From the NCBI GenBank assembly GCA_965230975.1, contig OZ246402.1, forward strand, positions 992,859-1,056,858: a stretch of 64,000 bases of DNA, written 5' to 3'. The stretch is from an uncultured Candidatus Saccharibacteria bacterium (GTDB taxonomy: Bacteria > Patescibacteriota > Dojkabacteria > J137). This document shows positions 19,551 to 30,583 of the stretch, one piece after another. Each line of letters starts with the position of its first letter. The stretch's first letter is position 1. A program made the translations under genes and the position numbers. A model generated the notes under the pieces. The model saw nothing but the letters and a program-made list of their open reading frames with translations, did no database searches and was not told where the DNA came from.

Positions 19551-20713
19551 CTCAAAGCATTAACAAAAAAAGTAAAACTTGCAACACGGCCGTCTGTTAA
19601 TTCTGCACGACCTTGAAAAACATAAATAGGGTAAACATAACCACTCCATTCTTTTGGCTCATAATAACCTAAAACAGTTCTAGCTCTATCTGCAGTAAAC
19701 CTTCTAACAGTTACATTACTAGGAAACTCTGCAAAATAATTATAATTTTGGGGTAAAATCGAAACTAAAGAACCTGACCCAGACTGAACCCTGTTCCATG
19801 CCTCATCTGGAGTAATAATAGAATAAACACCTTTTTTAGAACTATATTCGTAATTTATAAAATTTAAAGAGTATAGGTCTGTAGCATAATTACTAGCATT
19901 TTCAGAAACCAAAACTTTTAACTGACCAACCCTTGGGTCACTACCATAAGCTTGAACATCTATATTTTTTGATGCCTTACACAAAGCAGTATCAGGCAAA
20001 TCAGTTTTAGATTTAAGATCTGCTGCCCTTAAACTTCTATAAGCATTACCAAAAACATAATCTGATTCTTCTGGGGTCGTTTTTTCTGTAAAAATACCAT
20101 CAACAAGCTTTGCAAATCTAGTATCTATAATTGCGTTCTCCATTCCATAATTATTAAAAGCCGCAGTAGAAATAATTCTTTGAACCTGTCTGATATAATA
20201 ATTTAAATCTCTAGATAAAGTCTTTCTTCTTAAAGCATCTAAATTATCTTCCATCTTTGTAGATATATCCCAACTTTGTAGTGTTTTATTAAACTTTAAA
20301 GTTTTAGTGTTATTACTTGCGCTCCATTGATAATTCCCTTCACCAAGTTCTTCAAACTGAGCAGAAGTAAACCCAAAAGAATCTATAACCTTTTGTGCAT
20401 TCTCAAAAACAAGAAGTTTTTCTCTTGGTTTTTCTATCGAATGAACATATGCTACATCTGGAAACAAAGTATAAACACCCTCTAGTAAATAAGAGGCTCC
20501 TTGAGTAGTTACAGATATTGAAGGAATTTTTGGTGCGACTATTGTTCCAAAAATATTATCTGCAGGTAAATAGCATCTGTTAGTATTTGTATTAGTAGGA
20601 GTTGTTTTAGGCACTCTTTGAATTAAATCTAAACCCAAAAATACAACCCCAACGGCTAAAAACCCAATAATAATCTTTCTTGTTGTAGATGCCGTTGTGT
20701 ATAAAGTAGCCAT
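19547..20713 (-). CDS. Membrane-anchored hypothetical protein
   Basis: Single N-terminal TM; C-terminal LGYY..YVYPIYVFQG pattern; 4-bp overlap with the pilin-like gene. Confidence 0.7.
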   Translation of the reverse strand: MATLYTTASTTRKIIIGFLAVGVVFLGLDLIQRVPKTTPTNTNTNRCYLPADNIFGTIVAPKIPSISVTTQGASYLLEGVYTLFPDVAYVHSIEKPREKLLVFENAQKVIDSFGFTSAQFEELGEGNYQWSASNNTKTLKFNKTLQSWDISTKMEDNLDALRRKTLSRDLNYYIRQVQRIISTAAFNNYGMENAIIDTRFAKLVDGIFTEKTTPEESDYVFGNAYRSLRAADLKSKTDLPDTALCKASKNIDVQAYGSDPRVGQLKVLVSENASNYATDLYSLNFINYEYSSKKGVYSIITPDEAWNRVQSGSGSLVSILPQNYNYFAEFPSNVTVRRFTADRARTVLGYYEPKEWSGYVYPIYVFQGRAELTDGRVASFTFFVNALR

Positions 20714-20887
20714 ATTGATTTGATTTAATACTCAAATTTTATTATATAGATTATGAATGAATAGATAAATAGCAATAACTAACAAATATAAAATTATTAC
20801 ATTTAATTTGAAAAGTGTAATAAAGTAAAATGGCTAGATAATTGGTTTTGAAAGTGATTTAATGTAGAATATCGTATAATTAAAAAT

Positions 20888-22381
20888 ATGGCAGATCCTA
20901 ACACGCAAAATTACAATACAACCTATAACTTTCAACCATTACAGGTAGAACCTGTAACTAGCCAACCAGTAGACAGTGTTGCATCTAGCACTACTACAAC
21001 TACCACCAAAACTACAAAAATTTCTAAAGAACAAATAAAAAGGTTTGGACCGATAGTTTTGATAGTTATTGGTTTGATTTTATTAGTAATTTTAATTTTA
21101 TTGCTTTTTAAACCTTCAACTACACCATCTACAACAACAGATCCAAACAAAGCTGTGGTTTTACAATGGTGGGGAGCATTTATTGACCCAGAGGTTATTC
21201 AACCTTTAATAGATAAATATAAAACAATAGCTCCTAATGTAACAATAGAGTATGCAAATAAGTGGCCAGATCTATCCAGCTCTGAATCAGAAACAAAATA
21301 CAAAACTGAAATAAATAGAGTACTTAAACTAAACGATAGTGTTCAATTGCCAGATATATTTATGGTAAATAATAGATGGGTTGGAGATTATGAAAAATAT
21401 TTATCTCCTGCATCTAATACAGTTGTAACATTTTCAGATTTTCAAAATACATATTACCCAGCAGTTGTAACAGACTTTGCACCTGGTAGCAAAATATATG
21501 GTTTACCTTTATGGATGGATACATTGGCAATTGTATACAACAAAGAAATGCTAGCATCTGAATCTATAAGCACCCCCCCAACAGACTGGTCACAATTTAG
21601 AACATTGGCACAAAGACTAACAAAAAAGAGTGGTACCACTATTTCGCAAGCAGGTTTTGCAGGTGGCACATCTGAAAACGTAACCTTTGCATTTGAGTTA
21701 TCAAATATCTTAATGATGCAAAATGGCGTTACAATGACCGATTCAACTGGTAAACCAGTATTTGCAAGCGATGAAGATAGCTTATCTAGCTTAAACTTTT
21801 TAAAAGATTTTGAAAGAAATGCTAGTGCTACATGGAATTCTAATTTAAAAAATGATTCTGCAACATTTTTAGATGAAGACTTGGCTATGATGGCAACTAC
21901 AACTTATAGACTTAGAGACATTCTAAAATACAACGAAGGTTATTCCATTGGATTAAATATTGGCATTTCCGGACTACCCCAACTAGCTGGGCAAGGAGAG
22001 CCTATAATTAATTTTGGCGACTATTGGGGCAATGTAGTAACACTAAACAGGCCAAATAAAGATTATGCCTGGGCATTTGTTAAATGGTTAAACGAACCCG
22101 AACAATTAAAATCAATAAGTTCAAATGTAAAGAATAAAGAAGGTTACTTTGGTTTGCTGTACCCAAGAAAAGATATGTCAGAAGAAAATAAAGCAGATGA
22201 ATATTTAAAGGTATTTAATGAATCATTACCCTATATTAAAAGCTGGTACATGGTAAATGGTACAAAAGTTCAACAATCATTTACTGAAAGGCTTGGCAGC
22301 AATACAATTAATTCATCCGCAATTTCTTCCTTTGAAAAGGATATTATTGATATAATCGCTGCAAAAGGCAAACTAGAGTAA
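20888..22381 (+). CDS. Extracellular solute-binding protein (sugar-binding family 1), TM-anchored
   Basis: PDIF, IYGLPLWMDTLAIVYNKEML, PPTDW, AWAFVKWL. Confidence 0.85.
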   Translation: MADPNTQNYNTTYNFQPLQVEPVTSQPVDSVASSTTTTTTKTTKISKEQIKRFGPIVLIVIGLILLVILILLLFKPSTTPSTTTDPNKAVVLQWWGAFIDPEVIQPLIDKYKTIAPNVTIEYANKWPDLSSSESETKYKTEINRVLKLNDSVQLPDIFMVNNRWVGDYEKYLSPASNTVVTFSDFQNTYYPAVVTDFAPGSKIYGLPLWMDTLAIVYNKEMLASESISTPPTDWSQFRTLAQRLTKKSGTTISQAGFAGGTSENVTFAFELSNILMMQNGVTMTDSTGKPVFASDEDSLSSLNFLKDFERNASATWNSNLKNDSATFLDEDLAMMATTTYRLRDILKYNEGYSIGLNIGISGLPQLAGQGEPIINFGDYWGNVVTLNRPNKDYAWAFVKWLNEPEQLKSISSNVKNKEGYFGLLYPRKDMSEENKADEYLKVFNESLPYIKSWYMVNGTKVQQSFTERLGSNTINSSAISSFEKDIIDIIAAKGKLE

Positions 22382-22409
22382 CTTTATATAATCACTCTTT
22401 ATCAAAAAA

Positions 22410-25232
22410 ATGTATAAAAAACGAACTTTAATAATAGCATTAGTCATAAGTCTATTTTTACCACTTATTACAACTACATTAAAAGCAGATGTAATTGCAG
22501 ATCCAAATGACCTTTTTTATGTCTCAACACCTACACCTAATCAAAGAGTTAAAGGAACTGTTCCAATTTCTTGGAGAATGTTCGATAACCAGCAACGGGT
22601 AATACAATATAGTATAAAGCTTTATGATAGAGCTACTTGTAAAAATAATTATTATGGTGACATTGCAACAAGTCAAAGTGGTGCATCTAATGCAAATACA
22701 AATAGCCAAATAAATTGGAACACAAAAGTTACCAGTACAACTTCAAATTTAGCAGATGGATTTTACTGTTTGCAAGTTTGCGCAGCTTATTTAAATGGAT
22801 CAACACCATATTCTGCATGTAATAGCAGAGAAGTAATTGTAACTAACGACAACGTTGCACCAGTAATTACAACTCAGCCACCAGCAGACAACATATTATT
22901 AGAAACTGATTCATGGCAATATCAAGTAGGAGCTACAGATATAAATGGGCATGCATTAACTTATAGATTGGTTTACACAACTCCATTTTTAACAATAAAC
23001 CCTCAAACCGGTTTAATTCAAACAACAAATGCATCTAAAACCTTGCCAAATGGCATTTACAGAGCAGAGTACAAGTTAGCTGTAGAGGTTAAAGATATTT
23101 ATGGAGATATTGCAATTCAACAATTTACATTAATTATTGAAAAACCATTACCAGTTACACCAACCCAACCTACCACACCTACACAACCAACAACACCTAC
23201 TACACCAACAGAACCAACGACTCCAACCGAACCTACAACGCCTACAGAGCCAACAACACCTACTACGCCGGTAAATACAAACGAACCTTCCACCATTGAA
23301 ATTACATCTCCTGAAAGAGACACCGAGTTTAAAGGAGGTAATAATTCAATTTCATGGACATCTAATGATGCAGAGGGAATTAAAAAAATAATTATAGAGT
23401 ACTCTAAAGATGGTGCGACATGGAGAACTATAAAAGAGATTACTGATTCTAAAGATTTTGAAGAAGGTGAGTATTTGTGGGACGTTTCTGGAATAGCAGA
23501 TGAAAGCTATTACATAAAGGTTACCGTAATTGACAACAAAGATGTGTCTACATCTAAAGTGTCCGAACTATTTGTAATTAAAAATGATGAAACACCAATA
23601 CAAGACAGTAATCCATTAATTGTAAATATTAGACCCGACAATAATTCTCAGGTAATCACAATTAGACCCGTAATTTATGGAGAGTTTGTGCCTTCTCAAG
23701 GTGCCAAAATAAATACTGAATCTATTCAAATTAAATTAGATGATAAAGATATTTTAGAATTGTGTACTATTACAGAAGAAAAATTCTCATGTGCATTAAC
23801 CCAAGATTTAGAATTAGGATTACACAAAATTAGTGTATCTGCCAAAGATACAAATTTAAAAGAGGTTTCTCAAGAATGGACATTTGAAGTAACAAATACA
23901 TCTACCAATCCAGTTTCTGGTGCGCAAGATATTATAATAATTCTAGGAAGGGAAATACCAAGAAACACATTAATATTGCTTGTGGTTATGTGTTTAGTGT
24001 GTCTAGTATTACTATTAATCCCTTGGGTTTTATATATTGTATGGTCAAAAAGAAGAGAAGAGGAATCTGAAGAAACCACAACTACTACTAAAAGCGTAGA
24101 TGATATTCCGTTAGGTAATTTAGATTATTCTAAAGATGTACAATCCAAACCAACAGAAAGCACATTCTCACAACCAACAATTGAAAATAACTACTACAAT
24201 GTTCCAGATACTTTAAAGTCAGAAGCAAATCTAGCAGATACAACTACCGATCCGTATTCTCAAAATATACAAATACCCGAGCAAACTCAAAAACCAGAAT
24301 TAAACATTGCAAGTTTTGAAGACTTTATTAAGCAGTATCCTGAGTTAGCAAGTGCAAGCTCATCCGAGCCTAGTGTATCTGAAGTAGAAAAGATTGAAGT
24401 GGATAATGAGTTTAGTAGTAAACCTGAAGAAACTACAGATTCAACAGCTGAAACGTTAACTGACACTAGTAACGCTACTCAAGCAAACACCAATGATGGT
24501 TTACTGCAAGAAGAACAGAGTAGTGGGTTAGAAGAGATCACACCAACCGAAACTGCGCAAAGCTCTACAGATACTTCAACAATAGAATCAACTGAAGATA
24601 AAGATTCAAGTATAGAGCCTGAAAACAATCCGGAAGTGGACATACCAGCAAATGTTCCAGTTGAAACTAAGTCTGAAACTGAACTAGAACAATCAAATGC
24701 TCAAAGTGAAAATGAATCAAACCAAACAGACAGTTTGACTTACACCGAACCGGAGGCACTAGATACTAGTATGTTTGCAGAGCCAGTACCTACAGATATT
24801 ACTACTGAACCAACAACACAAGAAAGTACTATAGGCGAAATTCCACCGACAAACTCAGTTGTTGAAAATCAAGTATCTATTGAGTCAGATCAAAGCCAAA
24901 ACCCCTACAATGTGGTGTCTCAAATTAAGCAAGGTGCAACTGATAATCAATTAAGCGAAAACTTTTTAAACTCTTTAAATAAGAATTCAGAAAACCAAGT
25001 ATTATCTGATACACAAACGGAAAACCGCGGTTCAACAATCAATGAATTAGTTCCTAACGATACTCAGGCTAACAATCAAGTTCAAGACAACTCTAACGCA
25101 AGTATATTTGGAACAGATACAAATGTAGCAGAATCAAGTAATAACCCTTCTGCACCTATTCTACCTCCAAATTTTAAACCAATAAACCCAAATGGATCAG
25201 ACGATACAACTACTGATTCTACAAATAATTAA
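22410..25232 (+). CDS. Ig-like-domain surface protein with Pro/Thr linker, TM helix and long acidic tail
   Basis: Signal peptide; NVAPVITTQP cadherin/Ig-like module; PT repeats; TM near residue 520-545; ~390-aa E/S/T/N-rich tail. Confidence 0.75.
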   Translation: MYKKRTLIIALVISLFLPLITTTLKADVIADPNDLFYVSTPTPNQRVKGTVPISWRMFDNQQRVIQYSIKLYDRATCKNNYYGDIATSQSGASNANTNSQINWNTKVTSTTSNLADGFYCLQVCAAYLNGSTPYSACNSREVIVTNDNVAPVITTQPPADNILLETDSWQYQVGATDINGHALTYRLVYTTPFLTINPQTGLIQTTNASKTLPNGIYRAEYKLAVEVKDIYGDIAIQQFTLIIEKPLPVTPTQPTTPTQPTTPTTPTEPTTPTEPTTPTEPTTPTTPVNTNEPSTIEITSPERDTEFKGGNNSISWTSNDAEGIKKIIIEYSKDGATWRTIKEITDSKDFEEGEYLWDVSGIADESYYIKVTVIDNKDVSTSKVSELFVIKNDETPIQDSNPLIVNIRPDNNSQVITIRPVIYGEFVPSQGAKINTESIQIKLDDKDILELCTITEEKFSCALTQDLELGLHKISVSAKDTNLKEVSQEWTFEVTNTSTNPVSGAQDIIIILGREIPRNTLILLVVMCLVCLVLLLIPWVLYIVWSKRREEESEETTTTTKSVDDIPLGNLDYSKDVQSKPTESTFSQPTIENNYYNVPDTLKSEANLADTTTDPYSQNIQIPEQTQKPELNIASFEDFIKQYPELASASSSEPSVSEVEKIEVDNEFSSKPEETTDSTAETLTDTSNATQANTNDGLLQEEQSSGLEEITPTETAQSSTDTSTIESTEDKDSSIEPENNPEVDIPANVPVETKSETELEQSNAQSENESNQTDSLTYTEPEALDTSMFAEPVPTDITTEPTTQESTIGEIPPTNSVVENQVSIESDQSQNPYNVVSQIKQGATDNQLSENFLNSLNKNSENQVLSDTQTENRGSTINELVPNDTQANNQVQDNSNASIFGTDTNVAESSNNPSAPILPPNFKPINPNGSDDTTTDSTNN
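23151..23270 (+). repeat. Coding tandem repeat PT(Q/E)PTT
   Basis: PTQPTTPTQPTTPTTPTEPTTPTEPTTPTEPTTPTTP; synonymous codons vary. Confidence 0.85.
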
Positions 25233-25255
25233 GGTTTTGATTTTTTGGGAAAGGT

Positions 25256-25894
25256 TTAGTTAACTTCTGTTTCGCAAGGGTTGCCGTAAGATCCGCATGA
25301 TTCACTGTTATAAACTCTATCTGCAGATTCTGAATCTTTTAGTTGTTTACATGCCTCGTTAACAGAGCCATCTGGGCAGTTTGCAGAAAAATCAAATGTG
25401 GTTTGAACATTTCTCATTGCAACCATGAACATCATTGCTACACAGATTAATAGAACTAGGGTAGTAGCTATAGGTAATATTACAGGTAATGCAGCTGTTA
25501 TTGCCTCTTTTTGTATAAAAGATTTTGCTATATCTTTCATTTTGTTCACTAATACCTTGCTAGAGGAATCATAATCAGGCTGTGCTTGCTCTCCATTTTT
25601 TCGCATAAAGTCATCTAGCTTTGCTTTTAATCTTTGTTTTGAAAATTCTGCTGAGTTTATTTGTTGCCTGATTTGTTGAGCCTGCGAATGGAATGCCATT
25701 TTTTGAAGTTCAAATTGAGATCCGTCAATTTTCCCTTTTTCTAGCTGTATTTCAAGTTGAGCAAGTGTAGATTCAACCTGCATTAATTGGGAATTTAGTT
25801 GTTCTAAAAGTCTTTTTTGGTTGGTATATTGTCTTAGGGTTAATTCAAATCTTCCTTTATTTAATGCACTCCCAACAGATTTTAAAGCATCCAT
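25256..25894 (-). CDS. Coiled-coil protein with C-terminal TM helix
   Basis: Q/L-rich heptads, hydrophobic helix, 4-Cys tail. Confidence 0.65.
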   Translation of the reverse strand: MDALKSVGSALNKGRFELTLRQYTNQKRLLEQLNSQLMQVESTLAQLEIQLEKGKIDGSQFELQKMAFHSQAQQIRQQINSAEFSKQRLKAKLDDFMRKNGEQAQPDYDSSSKVLVNKMKDIAKSFIQKEAITAALPVILPIATTLVLLICVAMMFMVAMRNVQTTFDFSANCPDGSVNEACKQLKDSESADRVYNSESCGSYGNPCETEVN

Positions 25895-26006
25895 ATGTAT
25901 TTGTATTAATTTTACATATAGTATATATGAATAGCTAAATAGATGCTAGAATGAAGAATATTTAGAGGATAATTGGTATAATTATTAGGTAATTTAAACT
26001 TAAAAT

Positions 26007-26735
26007 ATGGCAGACAGCTTTTGGAATAGAGGATTACATAGGTATATTGAGAATCGATTACCTAAAAATCGATTTAGTCTCATTAATCAGGTGACTCCTC
26101 GTGCAGAATTACCACCCATCACTGACTTTGACCCCGCTACCTATAGTGAGGAAAAATTAAGATCTCATAATCCAGTTACCTCCCTAAATTTCAGACCTGC
26201 AGTTGGGAACGAGCTTATTGCAGGATCTGCTGAAAACATTAAATATGAAAAGGATAAGGCAGATTTCATTATTAAGCTACAGACCTGGCAAAAATCTAGA
26301 GAGCTACGACGTAACGAAACTAGGGATATTATGAATGCTGGAGACATGGCAAGACTATTAGTCACAATACCTGGTATAGTCGCTGCCTTTGGAACAGGTA
26401 ATGCACCTTTAGGAATTGCTCTTACAGCATCCTTAGCTCCCGAGATTCAACGAGTAGAGAATTTTAGACGAGCAAGAGCCAAAGAATCTGCTGAGTCGAA
26501 GAAAAATTTTCCATTACCGGCAGGAGCAGATTTGGTTGCAACAATATATAATTTAACAAAATCAATACATGGCACAATAGTCTCTACAGCTGCGAATTTA
26601 GATAAATACGCAAAGTCTGGATTTTTTGGAGGGCTAAATAATGTTTTAAATGGGATTAATTCTGGAATAAATAAAATAGATGAGGCTCTATACGGCCCAA
26701 AGAATTTTAGACCTGAATCTGCACCTGCTAAATAA
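26007..26735 (+). CDS. Hypothetical protein
   Basis: 242-aa ORF with central hydrophobic hairpin. Confidence 0.65.
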   Translation: MADSFWNRGLHRYIENRLPKNRFSLINQVTPRAELPPITDFDPATYSEEKLRSHNPVTSLNFRPAVGNELIAGSAENIKYEKDKADFIIKLQTWQKSRELRRNETRDIMNAGDMARLLVTIPGIVAAFGTGNAPLGIALTASLAPEIQRVENFRRARAKESAESKKNFPLPAGADLVATIYNLTKSIHGTIVSTAANLDKYAKSGFFGGLNNVLNGINSGINKIDEALYGPKNFRPESAPAK

Positions 26736-26737
26736 AT

Positions 26738-27838
26738 ATGGAAGATATAATTTATACACTTATACTAGATAAAAAAAGACTACTAAACTATACAAAGTAT
26801 GGTACCCATAGTTTACTAGCTAATTCTTTTGTCAAAATTTTCATAGATGATTCACCCTTAATAAACCTTGAAAAAAAATATATTGATCTAATTTCATTTT
26901 ATGATATTTATGGATTAACGGGCTCAGAATTTATTGATATTAAATCACTAAAAGACTTATACGAAAAAGTCCAATATAAAAAAGAAAATATTTTACCCAT
27001 AACCCAGAAATTGTATAAACTAATATCTGGCCAGCACACTGACTTAATTAAGATTTTGATAGACTTTAGGGAGGAAATACTTGCTGATCAAGAAATTAAA
27101 GCAAATGATGTGATATGGATAAAAAACCTTTGCAATCAACTAACTGAATTAGCTTATTTTGGTGTAGACTCCTCGTTACTTTTAAAGGCATTTAACAATT
27201 ACGACAATTTTATATTAGAGATAATAACTTCAGACCTAATCTTAAAAGATTATCAGAATTTGAGAATTTTAACTTTAGCCTACAGCATTGAACCAGACCT
27301 TACTAATAGCTTAGTAGACTCCTACTGGAATAAATTTTCATATTTCCCAACACAACAAACTGAGCAAGATATTCAAGCGGAGTGGGAAACTAAAATGATG
27401 GAAGTAATCGAAGGCAAAGCAAGAAAGAATACTACAAAGTTTTACGATACGATATCACTAATTACGCAATCTTTACTTGAAATTGAAGACATTGAGAATA
27501 TAGATTTAGGTGGATTGATTACTAAAATTGGTACAGAAATGCAAAAAAGTAATATAAAAGAGGTTAATAATGAGCTAACTGAAATAAGCAACCAGATCGC
27601 CCAATTCCTTAATAAGATTATTCAAACTCAGAAATTAGAGTACATGACAATGATTAAACAATTAGAAAAGCTTGAACCTAAACCTTTAGAATTTCAAGTT
27701 TTTAATCAATACTTACAAATATTAGAAATGTTTAATGGAATTGGAATCTATTACTATTTTAAAGCAGATGGGAAAATAATAATTGAAATTAATACCCATG
27801 TATTAGAGAAATATTTAAAACATTATCGAACTTCCTAA
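26738..27838 (+). CDS. Hypothetical protein
   Basis: 366-aa helical ORF starting 2 bp after the previous gene. Confidence 0.65.
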   Translation: MEDIIYTLILDKKRLLNYTKYGTHSLLANSFVKIFIDDSPLINLEKKYIDLISFYDIYGLTGSEFIDIKSLKDLYEKVQYKKENILPITQKLYKLISGQHTDLIKILIDFREEILADQEIKANDVIWIKNLCNQLTELAYFGVDSSLLLKAFNNYDNFILEIITSDLILKDYQNLRILTLAYSIEPDLTNSLVDSYWNKFSYFPTQQTEQDIQAEWETKMMEVIEGKARKNTTKFYDTISLITQSLLEIEDIENIDLGGLITKIGTEMQKSNIKEVNNELTEISNQIAQFLNKIIQTQKLEYMTMIKQLEKLEPKPLEFQVFNQYLQILEMFNGIGIYYYFKADGKIIIEINTHVLEKYLKHYRTS

Positions 27839-27876
27839 TCTTTATTGAGAATTACAATCTAAACTTAACCTTCTGC

Positions 27877-30531
27877 TTATCTTTCAGGTACTTTAATTCG
27901 TATAGTTACAGAATTGGTAAACAAGCTACCTACCTTAAACCCAACTGATGAAGTCTTAATATTATTTCCACCTGTAGAAAGCCAAGAGGTATCACTATCA
28001 TATGGCAAACCATTTCTATCTAACTTCTGTCCAAAAAGTTGATGTAGAATATCAAAGTCTCCTTCAAGCTCCAGGTTAAACCCTATAGATATATTAGTAC
28101 CTCCCTTTATACTATTCTCAGTAATTTTATCTGCCAAAAGCCTAATTGTATTTTCGGAAATTCTCTTATCGATTAATGGAGAACCAGAAACAGCATTAAC
28201 AACAAATCCTTCTGGGGTGCCTGTAGGGTTCTCGTTTACTTTAAGTATAAATACATTCTCGCTTTTCTTTATCTCATTAGTTGAATTTGCAACAACTGGA
28301 TTAGGGTATGGTTCTAATAATCTTGGTGATGACTGATCAGTTTCACCAGGTTTAGATGTATCACCATTGAACATATTCACCTGAAGTGGCCAATAAAATT
28401 TGTAGCCATTTTCAGCATCAATACTTAATGAACCAATAGGTATTGAGTATTTGATTATAGGTAGAGGGCCAATTAAACCCTTTCTTACAATTGAATACTC
28501 TCCACTTGACGGATCTTGCTGTATCTCCCCATAAAATTTATCAATTATAGCTCTTATTAATGTTGGTTGAAGATAGATAATATTGTCTACACTACCACCA
28601 CTTTGCTTAAACACTGCTTTAATTGAAGGCTGATCTGGAACTCCTCCTGTCCTACCACTAGTAATATTACCTAACGTTTTATATGCTCCTGCTGCAAGAT
28701 TACCTAATGCTACACCTGCCGCACTATCATTTTGTGCAGCTCGTTGGGCATAACCTTCTGCCTGACTAACTCGTTTGCCTAAAGTTCTACTCCAACCACT
28801 CCTAAATGATCTCGCTTCTGCAGGGTCCCTACCTCGCATCCTATCTACTACATCCAAGCCTTTAAAAAGAGTTCTACCTGTAAAACCTGCCGGGGAAGTT
28901 ACAACACGTCCTGCAGTAGTAGCAGTTTTTGCAAATGCTGCAGGTACTGTGTACCTCATACCTATAGCACTATCCTTCAAAGCATCTATTGGAGCTTTAA
29001 TAAATCCAAGATTTGCTTCTTTAACACCTAATGATTTATCAATATTATCTAAAATTGATGGGATAGAGAAAAATACACCAACACCCATTACCCCAAACAT
29101 AAAACTGGTTAAAGATTCAGAACCACTAACAGGCAAAGATTCAAAAATAGACTTCAAGCCTAAAATTGGCGGAATAAAAATACCTCTAGAAAAAGCAGGT
29201 AACTGATCTGCAAACACATTACTTGTAAACACCAAAGTAATTAAAAACAAAGCATAAGTAACAATAAAATGTAGCGAAGCAGACCCCATAGATTTTGCAA
29301 AATTTGTAATAGCATTCATACCATTACCTGGAACCGCAACACTAGCGAAAATAAATGGAGATGCAATTGGAGTTAAAATTAAAGTTAAATACTTTTTTAA
29401 TAACCTCCAAGCAATACGCCCACTAACCCAAATCATTAAAATCAATAAAATAGCATTAATAATTTCTCCAAACCAATAAGCAGGAGTTTTATTTGAACCA
29501 GTCAAAAGGTCAAGAAACTGCTTAATCAAATATGTCAAAAAAAAGCTATTTACACCTTGACCTGCTATTTCGGTATTTGCAACACCTTCAACTTCATCTG
29601 TAACATCTATAATCGAATTAAAGTTGTACCACTCCAAACGACTATCATCTATATATAAACCTCTATCGCATGGGTCATCTGTAGTACCACTACCTGTAGT
29701 ATCTCCTGTAGCGTTGGTTACAACTAAATTATTATTACAAGTATTGTCATCTCTACCTTCATAAACTCCCCTAGCAGGGGCACCCGGAGCAAAAAAGAAA
29801 GCGTGCACAGTATTTGCGCCAATTCCTATTAAATCTATAAAAACTCCGGAAATAGCATAACTTAAAGGAACTAAAATCATAGCCATAGCAATACTCGGAA
29901 TAGCATTTTGAATAGTAACCATCTCTTTACCACCAATCTTTTGCCTAAACACAATAGCAAAAGCAATGCCAATAATGATTAATATTAAAAATGCATAAAC
30001 AACATTTACAGACCAACCCCAAAAAGCTTGAATAGGTTCTAACAATTGATACCCTGTACCACCTGCAAAATATGGAGCTGGTTCTGCAGCATTGACTTTA
30101 CCGGTTAAAGCATAAACTTTATCTTGTACATAATCTAATGTACTTGCTGGCCTTTGGTTTAAAATAAAATTATTAACCGAACCTAAAGTATCTAAAACAT
30201 TCACATCTCCTTTTAGTTTATCTACATTAACAATACCTGCCTTTTCTGCCTGTTGAACAGCACACAATCTGTTGGTTAAATTGCTACCACCAATTGGAAC
30301 TTGAGCTGCGCCAATTAATGAGAATATAAAACCAGAACCCATATCTGCATTACAACCATCTGTTCTTAAAACAGAGGCTTGTTCTGCGGGAACTATTTGA
30401 AAAAGGGAGTTGTCAAAAGATGTACCAAAAGTAGAAGAATCTGCTAAAACTTTAATAGGTAGCAAAGAAAAGGCCAAAAAGCCTATAACACCTAATACCT
30501 TCAATCTTTTGAATTTGCTAGACAAAGACAT
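27877..30531 (-). CDS. VirB6/TrbL-like polytopic membrane protein
   Basis: Signal peptide; IVFRQKIGGKEMVTIQNAIPSIAMAMILVPLSYAISGVFIDL and LILTPIASP..VPG patterns; G/A-rich post-TM region. Confidence 0.6.
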   Translation of the reverse strand: MSLSSKFKRLKVLGVIGFLAFSLLPIKVLADSSTFGTSFDNSLFQIVPAEQASVLRTDGCNADMGSGFIFSLIGAAQVPIGGSNLTNRLCAVQQAEKAGIVNVDKLKGDVNVLDTLGSVNNFILNQRPASTLDYVQDKVYALTGKVNAAEPAPYFAGGTGYQLLEPIQAFWGWSVNVVYAFLILIIIGIAFAIVFRQKIGGKEMVTIQNAIPSIAMAMILVPLSYAISGVFIDLIGIGANTVHAFFFAPGAPARGVYEGRDDNTCNNNLVVTNATGDTTGSGTTDDPCDRGLYIDDSRLEWYNFNSIIDVTDEVEGVANTEIAGQGVNSFFLTYLIKQFLDLLTGSNKTPAYWFGEIINAILLILMIWVSGRIAWRLLKKYLTLILTPIASPFIFASVAVPGNGMNAITNFAKSMGSASLHFIVTYALFLITLVFTSNVFADQLPAFSRGIFIPPILGLKSIFESLPVSGSESLTSFMFGVMGVGVFFSIPSILDNIDKSLGVKEANLGFIKAPIDALKDSAIGMRYTVPAAFAKTATTAGRVVTSPAGFTGRTLFKGLDVVDRMRGRDPAEARSFRSGWSRTLGKRVSQAEGYAQRAAQNDSAAGVALGNLAAGAYKTLGNITSGRTGGVPDQPSIKAVFKQSGGSVDNIIYLQPTLIRAIIDKFYGEIQQDPSSGEYSIVRKGLIGPLPIIKYSIPIGSLSIDAENGYKFYWPLQVNMFNGDTSKPGETDQSSPRLLEPYPNPVVANSTNEIKKSENVFILKVNENPTGTPEGFVVNAVSGSPLIDKRISENTIRLLADKITENSIKGGTNISIGFNLELEGDFDILHQLFGQKLDRNGLPYDSDTSWLSTGGNNIKTSSVGFKVGSLFTNSVTIRIKVPER

Positions 30532-30583
30532 ACATCAGTATATATCATTAAAAAACTGACTTCAATTGTTACACACAATTAAA

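Noticed and set aside
23151-23270. Non-coding tandem repeat or array
   Set aside because: In-frame Pro/Thr linker with synonymous variation.
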